64,000 nucleotides of DNA from positions 2,240,001 to 2,304,000 of the forward strand of contig OY970178.1 of NCBI GenBank assembly GCA_963707915.1. Reading direction: 5' to 3'. The stretch comes from Candidatus Eiseniibacteriota bacterium. Lineage in GTDB: Bacteria > Eisenbacteria > RBG-16-71-46. Below the pieces are notes generated by a model that searched no databases, had not been told where the DNA came from, and saw only the letters and a program-made list of their open reading frames with translations. Below, one piece after another: positions 1 to 8,961 of the stretch (positions within the stretch are counted from its first letter, which is position 1; every line of letters begins with the position of its first letter). A program made the position numbers and the translations under genes.

Positions 1-241
1 CTCGGTGGCCGTCCGGCCGGCCGACGTGACGGTCAGCATCTATCCCGTGGACAACACCTTCGCCGACCCGTCGGGCTGGCAGACCACGCAGAACGCGGGG
101 CTGCCGGGCAGCTACATGCGGGTGAAGACCCGCTACACCTACCAACTCGTCACCCCGTTCGCGCTGGTGGGCTTCCTCGTGCCCAACCGGCTGCGGGTGA
201 TCGAGGTGCAGGCCACCTACAAGAACGAGCTCTTCAACTAG
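1..241 (+). CDS. tadE: TadE-like pilus assembly protein, 5'-truncated by the window edge
   Basis: C-terminus 'RVKTRYTYQLVTPF...ATYKNELFN' is typical of TadE pseudopilins; lies directly upstream of TadE and TadG genes. Confidence 0.65.
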   Translation, partial: SVAVRPADVTVSIYPVDNTFADPSGWQTTQNAGLPGSYMRVKTRYTYQLVTPFALVGFLVPNRLRVIEVQATYKNELFN

Positions 242-281
242 CGGCGGGCAGGCCCACCGCTCCCGCTCGACAGGACGTGAC

Positions 282-884
282 ATGATCGGCGTCGATCAGC
301 GGTCCAGCCTCACGCGAGGCCCGTTCGCCGGGCGGAACCGGGGACGGGGCACCGCGCTCATCGAGTTCGCCCTCGTCCTGCCGATCCTCATCATCCTGCT
401 CCTGGTCACGGTGGACTTCGGCCGGCTGATCCAGACCCGGCTGATCATCAGCAACGTGAGCCGCGAGGGCGGGAGCCTCGCCGCGCGGCAGACGACGGTG
501 GACACCAGCCTGGTCACGGTGCTCAAGGAGTCCGGCAAGCCGCTCAACCTGATCGGCGCGGACGGGAAGATCGTCGTGACCCGGATCAACGCGGGCGCGA
601 GCGCGGGCGCGCCGGACCCCACGATCGCCACGCAGATCGTCCGCGGGACGCTGGCGCGGAACAGCTCGATCTCCGCGGGCGCCGCCAACCTGGGACTCGC
701 TTCGAGCATCTACGGCCACCTGCGGTTCCGGACGGCCAACGCCACCTCGGACATCGCGGAGGTCACGGTGGTCGAGGTCTTCTACAAGTACCGGCCGATC
801 ACGCCGTTCCCGAGGGGATTCGGCGGCGGCATGCTCACGCCCGACACGGACGGCATGATCGTCTGGAGCCGGGCCATCTTCTAG
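282..884 (+). CDS. tadE: TadE/TadG family pseudopilin
   Basis: Prepilin-like motif 'RGTALIEFALVLPILIILLL...DFGR...SREGG'. Confidence 0.88.
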   Translation: MIGVDQRSSLTRGPFAGRNRGRGTALIEFALVLPILIILLLVTVDFGRLIQTRLIISNVSREGGSLAARQTTVDTSLVTVLKESGKPLNLIGADGKIVVTRINAGASAGAPDPTIATQIVRGTLARNSSISAGAANLGLASSIYGHLRFRTANATSDIAEVTVVEVFYKYRPITPFPRGFGGGMLTPDTDGMIVWSRAIF

Positions 885-953
885 CACCGCGTGGACGCCG
901 TCCCCCTCGACGCCGAACCCCGAAGGCGGCCACCGCCGGGAAGGAACCTGGAG

Positions 954-2237
954 ATGAAGAGGCACATGAAGGCAGAGGCCGGGACCGTCCTGATCGCGTT
1001 CGCCCTCTTCCTGTTCATCCTGCTCGGCTTCTGCGCCATCGGCATGGAGGCCGGCCGCTGGTTCATGGTCCGCGCCGAGCTCTCCAAGAGCGTGGACGCC
1101 GCGGCACTGGCGGCGGCCAAGAACATCTCCAACCCCTTCGTCGACCCCAGCACGCTCGCCCGGGAGTTCGCCGCGGCCAACTTCCCGAGCGGCTACCTGG
1201 GCACGCCCGCCTCGGGGGCCGGTGCGGTGACCTTCAGCGCCACGGTGATCGGCAACGACAAGGTGCAGGTGGACGGCAACGTGAGCGCCACCGCCATCCT
1301 GGCCCGGCTCTTCGGCGTGAACCTGGTGCCGACCGCCAGCCGCGGGGTCGGCCAGAAGAAGGAAGTCGAGATCATGCTGGTGCTGGACCGCTCGGGCTCG
1401 ATGGCCGGCACCCCCATCTCGGACCTGAAGAACGCGGCCCGGACGTTCGTGGACTACTTCGCGGCCACCCAGGACAAGGACAAGATGGGCATGATCAGCT
1501 TCTCGACCGCGGTGACGCTCGACCGACCGCTGGGCACGAACTACGTCACCGCCATGAGGACGGCGATCACCGCGATGAACGCCGCCAACTACACCAACAC
1601 CGAGGACGCCATCGACCAGGCCGACGGGCCCGGGGGCTTCACGGACCAGACCGGCGTCCCCGGCGACCAGCGCATCCAGCAGTTCCTGATCTTCTTCTCG
1701 GACGGCCAGCCCACCGCCTTCCGCGGATCGTTCGGGTACCAGGGCAGGATCTACGACGCCGTCGCCATCGGTTCGACCACGGGCGGCGGCGACTGCGATC
1801 CCAGCACCTACCCGGGCACAGGGAACCTCTACAACCCCGTCACCGCGGCAACCCTCGCGGTCCCGACCCGGCCGACCGGGGACGGCACGACGACCCGGAT
1901 CCGCTGCACCAGCAACGGGACGCTCCAGTACACGACGCGCTGGTACGTCTTCGACACCATGCCCGTCTCCGGCTACGCGGCCACGGCGAACTGCATCCCG
2001 AGCGGCCCGCTCGGCGGCCAGTTCTGCACCATCACCAACCAGCTCGCCCTCAACCACGCGGCCGAGCTGAAGGCCAGGAACATCGTCATCTACGCGATCG
2101 GGCTGGGCAACATCGACGCCCCGTTCATGCAGGCGATCGCGAACCCCAACCTCTACTACCGCGCGCCCACCTCCGCCCAGCTGCAGGCAATCTTCCAGCG
2201 GGTCGCGCAGGAGATCAAGCTCCGCCTGGTGCAGTAG
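954..2237 (+). CDS. tadG: TadG-like pilus protein with vWA domain
   Basis: N-terminal '[25 protein letters not shown]...DAAALAAA'; MIDAS motifs 'LVLDRSGS' and 'FFSDG'; C-terminal 'IYAIGLG'. Start is approximate (ORF open from 891). Confidence 0.85.
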   Translation: MKRHMKAEAGTVLIAFALFLFILLGFCAIGMEAGRWFMVRAELSKSVDAAALAAAKNISNPFVDPSTLAREFAAANFPSGYLGTPASGAGAVTFSATVIGNDKVQVDGNVSATAILARLFGVNLVPTASRGVGQKKEVEIMLVLDRSGSMAGTPISDLKNAARTFVDYFAATQDKDKMGMISFSTAVTLDRPLGTNYVTAMRTAITAMNAANYTNTEDAIDQADGPGGFTDQTGVPGDQRIQQFLIFFSDGQPTAFRGSFGYQGRIYDAVAIGSTTGGGDCDPSTYPGTGNLYNPVTAATLAVPTRPTGDGTTTRIRCTSNGTLQYTTRWYVFDTMPVSGYAATANCIPSGPLGGQFCTITNQLALNHAAELKARNIVIYAIGLGNIDAPFMQAIANPNLYYRAPTSAQLQAIFQRVAQEIKLRLVQ

Positions 2238-2254
2238 CCCGGGCGCTCCCCCGC

Positions 2255-2290
2255 GAGCCCCCGCCCGCCCTCCGGGGCCGGCGGGGGCTC
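2255..2290 (+). terminator. GC-rich hairpin, probable terminator of the tad operon
   Basis: GAGCCCCCGCC (2255-2265) and GGCGGGGGCTC (2280-2290) form an inverted repeat just after the stop; weak U-tract. Confidence 0.55.
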
Positions 2291-2382
2291 CTTCGTGCCC
2301 CGCCCGGACCGGCTGGCCCCGTCGCGCCACCCGCGCTATCGTGCGGCCGCGACGTCACCCGCCACCGGACACCGGGGATCCC

Positions 2383-3495
2383 ATGAGCGAGCCGAAGCAG
2401 CAGCGCCATCTCTCGGGCCCGCGCATCGAGCCGCCCGCCATCACGGGCCGCGAGAGCGTGGCCGAGCTCATCGACCAGGCCTTCCTCGCCTACAACGCGG
2501 CCCGCCTGCGCGAAGGCGCCCGGTTGCTGACCGAGCGCATGCTCGACCCCGACGTCACCGTCGGGCTCTCGGTCTCCGGGGCACTCACCCCCGCCGGGCT
2601 GGGCATGAGCGCGCTGATCCCGCTGTTGCGGGCCGGCTTCGTGGACTGGGTCGTCTCGACCGGCGCGAACCTGTACCACGACACCCACTTCGGCCTCGGC
2701 CTGCCGCTGCACCGTGGCACCTTCCAGGTGGACGACGTCGAGCTGCACGACGAGGGCGTGGTGCGCATCTACGACATCTTCTTCGACTACCGCGTGCTGC
2801 TCGACACCGACGCGTTCTTCCGCGAGGTCATCGCCGGGCCGGAGTTCCAGCGCACGATGAGCACGGCCGAGTTCCACTTCCTGTGCGGGAAGTACATCCG
2901 CGCCCGCGAGCAGGCCCTGGGGCTCACCAGCCGCTCGCTGCTCGCCGTGGCCTGGGAGTGCGGCGTGCCGGTCTACACCTCCTCGCCGGGCGACTCCTCG
3001 ATCGGCATGAACGTGGCGGCCCGGGCGCTCGAGGGCAACCGCCTCGTGCTCGACGTCAGCGCCGACGTCAACGAGACCGCGGCCATCGTCTGGACTGCGA
3101 AGCGGACGGGCGGCAGGAGCGCGGTGTGGATCCTCGGCGGCGGGAGCCCCAAGAACTTCGTGCTCCAGACCGAGCCGCAGCTGCAGGAGGTGCTGGGCAT
3201 CAGCGAGAAGGGCCACGACTACTTCCTCGCCGTGACCGATGCGCGGCCCGACACCGGCGGGCTCTCGGGGGCGACGCCCTCGGAGGCGGTCTCGTGGGGC
3301 AAGATCGACCCCGACCAGCTCCCCGGCACGGTGATCTGCTACGCCGACTCCACCATCGGGCTGCCGCTGCTCACGGCGTACGCGCTGGCGAAGCACGCGC
3401 CGCGCCCGCTGCGGCGGCTCTACGACCGCCGCGCGGAGATGATGGAGGCGTTCCGGCACGCCTACTTCACCGAGGGGCGCGGGAAGCCGGAGTAG
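2383..3495 (+). CDS. Deoxyhypusine synthase-like protein (bacterial DHS/homospermidine synthesis family)
   Basis: Motifs '[10 protein letters not shown]', 'STGANLYHD', 'PGDSSIG', 'GGGSPKNF' (catalytic Lys), '[17 protein letters not shown]'. Confidence 0.92.
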   Translation: MSEPKQQRHLSGPRIEPPAITGRESVAELIDQAFLAYNAARLREGARLLTERMLDPDVTVGLSVSGALTPAGLGMSALIPLLRAGFVDWVVSTGANLYHDTHFGLGLPLHRGTFQVDDVELHDEGVVRIYDIFFDYRVLLDTDAFFREVIAGPEFQRTMSTAEFHFLCGKYIRAREQALGLTSRSLLAVAWECGVPVYTSSPGDSSIGMNVAARALEGNRLVLDVSADVNETAAIVWTAKRTGGRSAVWILGGGSPKNFVLQTEPQLQEVLGISEKGHDYFLAVTDARPDTGGLSGATPSEAVSWGKIDPDQLPGTVICYADSTIGLPLLTAYALAKHAPRPLRRLYDRRAEMMEAFRHAYFTEGRGKPE

Positions 3496-3526
3496 CCGTC
3501 CAGCATCGAGGCCGGGGAGCGAACCG

Positions 3527-4555
3527 ATGAGAGCGATCGTCTTCGAGCGTCACGGCGGGCCGGAGGTGCTCGAGTCGCGCGAGGTGCCCGAGCCGGCGAT
3601 CCGCCCCGACGAGGTGCGCGTCGAGGTGAAGGCGTGCGGCATCAACCACCTCGACCTGTGGGTACGGCGCGGACTGCCCGGGCTGGCCGTCGAGATGCCG
3701 CACGTCCTGGGCAACGACGTCGCCGGCGTGGCCGCCGAGGTGGGCGCCGCGGTGCGGCACGTGAAGCCCGGCGACCGGCTGCTGGTGCTGCCCACCCTCT
3801 CCTGCGGCGTCTGCCCCGCGTGCCTGGCGGGCGACGACCACCTGTGCCGCCACCACGACGTGCTCGGGCGCCGGCGCAACGGCGGCTACGCGGAGCAGGT
3901 GGCGGTGCCCGGCGCGAACTGCCTGCCCTGCCCGGAAGGACTGAGCTGGGAGCGGGCCGCAGCGGTGCCGCTGGTCTTCCTCACCGCCTGGCACATGCTG
4001 GTCGGCCGCGCCCGGGTGCGGCCGGGCGAGGACGTGCTGGTGGTCGGCGCGAGCGGCGGCGTGGGCAGCGCCGCGGTGCAGGTCGCGAAGCTCCACGGCG
4101 CGCGGGTCATCGCCACCGCGGGCAGCGCGGAGCGCGCCGCGCGCGCGCGGGAGCTGGGGGCGGACGAGGCCATCGACCACTCGAGCGAGGACGTCGCGGC
4201 GCGCGTCCGCGCGCTCACCGGGGGGAAGGGCGTCGAGGTCGTGGTCGAGCACGTCGGCGGACGGATGTTCGAGCAGGCGGTCGCGGCGCTCGCGCGCGAC
4301 GGACGGCTCGTCACCTGCGGCGCCACCACCGGGCCGCAGGCCGCGCTCGATCTCAACCTGCTCTTCGGCCGCCACCTCTCGCTGCTGGGCTCGTGGATGG
4401 GCCGGCGCGGGGAGCTGGCCGAGGTGCTGAAGCACGTGCGCGCCGGCCGGCTGCGGCCGGTGGTGGACACGGTCCTCCCGCTCGCCGAGGCGCGCCGCGC
4501 CCACGAGCGCATCGAGGCGCGACAGATGTTCGGGAAGGTGGTGCTGGTCCCGTGA
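3527..4555 (+). CDS. Zinc-binding alcohol dehydrogenase family protein (MDR)
   Basis: 'INHLDLW', structural Zn site CGVCPAC..C, 'GASGGVG', C-terminal 'FGKVVL'. Confidence 0.9.
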   Translation: MRAIVFERHGGPEVLESREVPEPAIRPDEVRVEVKACGINHLDLWVRRGLPGLAVEMPHVLGNDVAGVAAEVGAAVRHVKPGDRLLVLPTLSCGVCPACLAGDDHLCRHHDVLGRRRNGGYAEQVAVPGANCLPCPEGLSWERAAAVPLVFLTAWHMLVGRARVRPGEDVLVVGASGGVGSAAVQVAKLHGARVIATAGSAERAARARELGADEAIDHSSEDVAARVRALTGGKGVEVVVEHVGGRMFEQAVAALARDGRLVTCGATTGPQAALDLNLLFGRHLSLLGSWMGRRGELAEVLKHVRAGRLRPVVDTVLPLAEARRAHERIEARQMFGKVVLVP

Positions 4556-4581
4556 GCCGCCACCGCCGGCGCGGTCCCTTG

Positions 4582-4953
4582 ATGCAACTCGAGCGCGGGC
4601 ACGAGCCCCTGCTGCCCTACTCCGCCTTCCTGTTGCGGCTCGCCCGGAGCGTGCTGGCCGGGGTCCTGATCATCCTCGGCTCGCTCGCGATCGGGGTGGT
4701 CGGCTACCGCTGGACCGGGCACCTCAGCTGGGTCGACTCGCTCTACAACGCCTCGATGATTCTGGGCGGCATGGGGCCGGTGGACGACCGCGGGCTCGGC
4801 ATCCCGATCGCCGAGAAGTGGTTCGCCTCGGCCTACGCGCTGTTCGCGGGAATGGCGCTGCTGGTCATCGTCGGCGTGATGTTCGCGCCGCTGTTCCACC
4901 GCTTCCTGCACCACTTCCACCTGGTCGAGGACGAGGAGAAGCCGGCGCGATGA
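4582..4953 (+). CDS. Small two-TM membrane protein resembling an ion-channel pore module
   Basis: TM-'WVDSLYNASMILGGMGP'-TM layout; its stop overlaps the next ATG. Confidence 0.65.
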   Translation: MQLERGHEPLLPYSAFLLRLARSVLAGVLIILGSLAIGVVGYRWTGHLSWVDSLYNASMILGGMGPVDDRGLGIPIAEKWFASAYALFAGMALLVIVGVMFAPLFHRFLHHFHLVEDEEKPAR

Positions 4954-6359
4954 GCGAAGCGCGCGGCGGCGCACCCGCCCCCGGCCTCGGCTGGTTCGAC
5001 GCCGAAGACGCACCGGCGCGCGCGGACCTGCGCTCGTGCATCCACTGCGGGCTGTGCCTGAGCGCCTGCCCGACCTACCGCACGCTCGGGCTCGAGCCCA
5101 ACTCGCCGCGCGGGCGGCTCTTCCTGATGCGCGGGCTCGCCGAGTCGCGCATCGCGCCCGCCCATCCGCTGCTCGACTATCTCGACCAGTGCCTGGGCTG
5201 CCGCGCCTGCGAGACCGCCTGCCCGGCGGGCGTCCCCTACGGCCGCCTGCTCGAAGTGGCGCGCGGCCAGCTCGAGCGCCGCGTGCGCGCGCCCTCGTTC
5301 TCCCGCCGGCTCGGCCAGTGGGCGCTGCGACGGATCGTGCCGGACCGCGCGGCCATGCACCGCGCGGCGGACCTCATGCGCCTGGCGCAGAATCCGGCGT
5401 TCGAGGCGCTGATGCGCTCGCGCGCCGCGCGCGCGCTGCTGCCGGAGTTCGCGCTGCGCGGCTGGCGCATGACGCCGCCGCTGCTGCCCCGCCGCCAGCG
5501 CGCGCTCGAGCGCGTCGCCCCGGCGCTGCCGCCCGGCGCGCGGATGGAGGCGCGGGCCGACGCGCTGGTCTTCCACCCCGCGGGCGCGCCGAAGGCCCGC
5601 GCGGCGTTCTTCACCTCCTGCGTCATGGAGGTCATGTTCCCGCGCATCGACCACCAGGCGGTGCGCCTGCTGGTGCTCGCGGGCTGCGAGGTGACCGTGC
5701 CGCGCGGGCAGTGCTGCTGCGGCGCGCTGCAGGCCCACGCCGGGATGCTGCCGCTGGCGAAGGACCTGGCGCGCGCGAACGCCCGGCTCTTCGACCCCGG
5801 CGAGCACGACTTCGTGGTGAACGACTCCGCGGGCTGCGGCGCCGCGCTGCGCGATGCCGGCGAGTTGCTGCACGCCGACCCGCTGGCGGCGCCCGCCGCC
5901 CGCCTCTCGGCGCGGGTGCGCGACGTGGCCGAGGTGCTGGAACAGCTCGGCCTGCCGGAGCCCGCGGCGCCGCTGCGCTCGTCCGCGGACCCGGCGCGGC
6001 CCCTGCGCGTCGGCTACCACGATCCCTGCCACCTCGCCCACGCGCAGCAGGTGCGCAGCCAGCCGCGCGCGCTGCTGCGCCGGCTGCCGGGCCTCGAGCT
6101 GGTGGACCTGCCGGACTCCGACTGGTGCTGCGGCAGCGCCGGCGTCTACGACCTGACGCACCCCGGGATGTCCGACGCCCAGCTCGCGCACAAGGTGGAC
6201 ACCATCGCGGCGGTGGCGCCCGAGGTGGTCGTGGCCTCGAACCCGGGCTGCGCGATGCACATGGCGCGCGGCGCCGCCGAGCGCGGACTCGCCGTGCGGA
6301 TCGAGCACCTGGTCGAGTTGCTGGCCCGCGCCTACCCGCCGCCCGCCTTCCGCGGATGA
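4950..6359 (+). CDS. glcF: (Fe-S)-binding protein, glycolate oxidase iron-sulfur subunit-like
   Basis: Two CxxCxxCxxxCP motifs, 'SPRGR', two CCG domains ('CCGA', 'YHDPCHL', 'CCGSAG', 'NPGC'). Confidence 0.88.
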   Translation: MSEARGGAPAPGLGWFDAEDAPARADLRSCIHCGLCLSACPTYRTLGLEPNSPRGRLFLMRGLAESRIAPAHPLLDYLDQCLGCRACETACPAGVPYGRLLEVARGQLERRVRAPSFSRRLGQWALRRIVPDRAAMHRAADLMRLAQNPAFEALMRSRAARALLPEFALRGWRMTPPLLPRRQRALERVAPALPPGARMEARADALVFHPAGAPKARAAFFTSCVMEVMFPRIDHQAVRLLVLAGCEVTVPRGQCCCGALQAHAGMLPLAKDLARANARLFDPGEHDFVVNDSAGCGAALRDAGELLHADPLAAPAARLSARVRDVAEVLEQLGLPEPAAPLRSSADPARPLRVGYHDPCHLAHAQQVRSQPRALLRRLPGLELVDLPDSDWCCGSAGVYDLTHPGMSDAQLAHKVDTIAAVAPEVVVASNPGCAMHMARGAAERGLAVRIEHLVELLARAYPPPAFRG

Positions 6360-7636
6360 CCGCCCGCGCCGCGCTGCCCCGCGCCGCCGTCGCCGCGCTG
6401 TTCCTCGAGCGCCAGCACCTCGACCGGCCCCGCGGGCGCCGGCTCACCGGGGCGGGCCTGGTCCGCTTCGCCGAGGACGTGGGCGGGATCCAGCTCGACT
6501 CGATCAACGTGCTGGAGCGCGCGCACCTGCTGACGCTGTGGAGCCGGTTCGGCGCCTACGACCGCGCCGCGCTCGAGCGGCTCGTCTACCGGCGGCGCCT
6601 GCTGTTCGAGTACTGGGCGCACGCCGCCTGCCTGGTGCCCACGACGCACTTCCCGATGTGGCGCCGCGCGATGCTCGACTACGAGGTCGGCCACTCCGGC
6701 TGGACGACGTGGCTGAAGAAGCACGCTCCGACGCTGAAGCGGGTCGAGCGGGCCATCCGCGAGCGCGGCCCGCTGGGCAACGCCGACTTCGCCGCGGCCG
6801 GGACGGGCCCGCGCGCGGCGGGCTGGTGGGACTGGAAGCCCGAGTCCCACGCCCTGGACTACCTGTGGAAGAAGGGCACGCTCGGGGTCCACTCGCGCGT
6901 CCACTTCCAGCGCCGCCTCGACCTGATGGAGCGCCTGCTGCCCGCCGCGCTCGCCGCGGAGCCGCCGTCGCGCGAGGCGTTCCGCCGCTGGCACGTGCGC
7001 CGCTCGCTCCACGCGATGGGCGCCGCGAGCGCCGTCGACCTGCGCATGTACCTCTCCTACCCGCGCGTGCCCGCGCCCGAGCGGAGCGCCACGCTGCGGG
7101 CGATGCTGCGCTCGGGCGAGGTGGTCGAGGTCGCGGTCGAGGGCGAGCGCGCGCCCTGGCTCGCGCTGCCCGGGGACCTGCCCGCGCTCGAGGCCGCGGC
7201 GCGCCGCCGTTCGCCGCCGAGCCGCGGCACCACGCTGCTCTCGCCGTTCGACTCGTTCCTCTGGCACCGCGAGCGCACGCAGGCGCTGTTCGGCTTCGAC
7301 TACCGCATCGAGGTCTACACGCCCCCGGGCAAGCGGGTGCACGGCTACTACTCGCTGCCGATCCTCCACGACGGCGCGCTCGTCGGGAGGCTCGACGCCA
7401 AGAACCACCGCGAGGCGCGGCGGCTCGAGGTGAGGCACGTCCACTTCGAGGCCGCGGCCGCGGCCGCTGGCGGCGGGTCGGCGATCGAGCCGGCGCTGGC
7501 GGGCCTCGGCGACGCGCTCGCCTCGCTCGCGGCGTTCGCCGGCGCCGGGCGCGTGACGGTAGGGCGCGTGAGCCCGGCGAAGCTGGCGAAGCCGCTGCGC
7601 CGGGCGCTGGGGAGTCGCACGGAGGCCGGCGGCTGA
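6356..7636 (+). CDS. ycaQ: YcaQ/AlkZ-like (HTH_42) crosslink-repair DNA glycosylase
   Basis: 'IQLDSINVLERAH' (QxD motif), 'FEYWAH', 'LLSPFD', 'FDYRIEVYTP...HGYYSLPIL'. Confidence 0.88.
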   Translation: MTARAALPRAAVAALFLERQHLDRPRGRRLTGAGLVRFAEDVGGIQLDSINVLERAHLLTLWSRFGAYDRAALERLVYRRRLLFEYWAHAACLVPTTHFPMWRRAMLDYEVGHSGWTTWLKKHAPTLKRVERAIRERGPLGNADFAAAGTGPRAAGWWDWKPESHALDYLWKKGTLGVHSRVHFQRRLDLMERLLPAALAAEPPSREAFRRWHVRRSLHAMGAASAVDLRMYLSYPRVPAPERSATLRAMLRSGEVVEVAVEGERAPWLALPGDLPALEAAARRRSPPSRGTTLLSPFDSFLWHRERTQALFGFDYRIEVYTPPGKRVHGYYSLPILHDGALVGRLDAKNHREARRLEVRHVHFEAAAAAAGGGSAIEPALAGLGDALASLAAFAGAGRVTVGRVSPAKLAKPLRRALGSRTEAGG

Positions 7637-7730
7637 AACGAGCGGCGTTCTCCGGTACAATCGGGCGCGGACCTGCCGTCCTCGACTCCGCGCCGCCGCG
7701 TCCACGCACGCGGGCGCAAGGGAGCCCTGC

Positions 7731-8843
7731 GTGAGACCCAGCATCCTCCTGCTCGGCGGCACCGGGCGCGCCGGCCGCGTCGCCGCGCGGCTGCTGCTCG
7801 AACACACCGACGCGCGGATCGTCATCGGCAGCCGCAGCCGCGAGCGGGCCGCCGCGCTCGCCGCCGCGCTGGCGCGCGACTTCCCGGGCGACCGCGCCGG
7901 GGTCGCGGCGGTGGACGCCGGCGACGAGGCGAGCCTGCGGGCGGCCCTCGAGGGCGCGCGCCTGCTCTTCGACTGCGGGCCGACCGCGCGGTTCACCGGG
8001 AGGATCCCGCTCGCCTGCATCGCGGCCGGCGTGGACTGCCTCGACATCCACCCGAGCCGCTCGCTCGCCGTGCTCCGGCCGCTCGCCCGCGAGGTGGCGC
8101 GCGCCGGCCGCTGCTTCGTCACGCAGGCCGGGCTCCACCCCGGGCTGCCCGCGACGGTCATGCGCCACGCCGCCTCGCTGCTCACGCGCTGCGACTCGGT
8201 GACGGCCGCGATGCTCATCAACGTCGGGGTGCCGCCCGGGCCGGACTCGGCCAGGGAGTTGATCGAGGAGATGAGCGTCTACCGGAGCCTGGTCTGGAGC
8301 GGCGGCGCCTGGCGCAAACCGTCGTGGAGCCACTCGCGCCGGTTCGACTTCGGCCCGGGCCTCGGGCCCCGCACCTGCTACCCGATGTGGAGCGACGAGT
8401 TGGAGGGCCTCCCGGAACGGATCGGTGCGCAGGACGCGGCGTTCTACGTGGCGGGCTTCAACGCGTTCGCCGACCTGGTGGTCACACCGCTCGCGCTGCT
8501 GTCCGGCTCGATCCGTCGCGGCCTCGGCGCGGGGCTCCTCGCGCGGCTGCTGGCCTTCAGCGTCCGCCGCTTCGGCCGCCCCCCCTTCGCCATCGTGCTC
8601 GCGGCCGAGGCCGCCGGCGAGCGGGACGGGACGGCCCGCGCCGTGCGCATCCTGGTGCGCAGCGACGACGACGACGGCTACCGGCTCACCGCCGCGCCGG
8701 CGGTGGCGTGCGTGAAGCAGCTCCTCGACGGCTCCGTCGCGCGGCCGGGCGTGCACCTGATGGGGCACCTGGTCGAGCCGGCCCGCCTGGCCGCGGACCT
8801 GCGACGCATGGGTATCGGGGTCGAGGTGGCCACCCGGCCGTAG
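7731..8843 (+). CDS. Saccharopine dehydrogenase-like NAD(P)-binding oxidoreductase
   Basis: 'LLGGTGRAG' Rossmann motif, 'CGP', 'AGLHPGL'. Confidence 0.75.
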   Translation: MRPSILLLGGTGRAGRVAARLLLEHTDARIVIGSRSRERAAALAAALARDFPGDRAGVAAVDAGDEASLRAALEGARLLFDCGPTARFTGRIPLACIAAGVDCLDIHPSRSLAVLRPLAREVARAGRCFVTQAGLHPGLPATVMRHAASLLTRCDSVTAAMLINVGVPPGPDSARELIEEMSVYRSLVWSGGAWRKPSWSHSRRFDFGPGLGPRTCYPMWSDELEGLPERIGAQDAAFYVAGFNAFADLVVTPLALLSGSIRRGLGAGLLARLLAFSVRRFGRPPFAIVLAAEAAGERDGTARAVRILVRSDDDDGYRLTAAPAVACVKQLLDGSVARPGVHLMGHLVEPARLAADLRRMGIGVEVATRP

Positions 8844-8961
8844 CCGGCGCCGGGCCCCGCACGGGGCTGGACCGTCCGCGCCGGCGACCGCTAGAATCGA
8901 GTCCGATTCGCCGTCCGAACCGACCGTGCGGGGCTCGCACCCCGCCCTCCCGGAGTTCACC

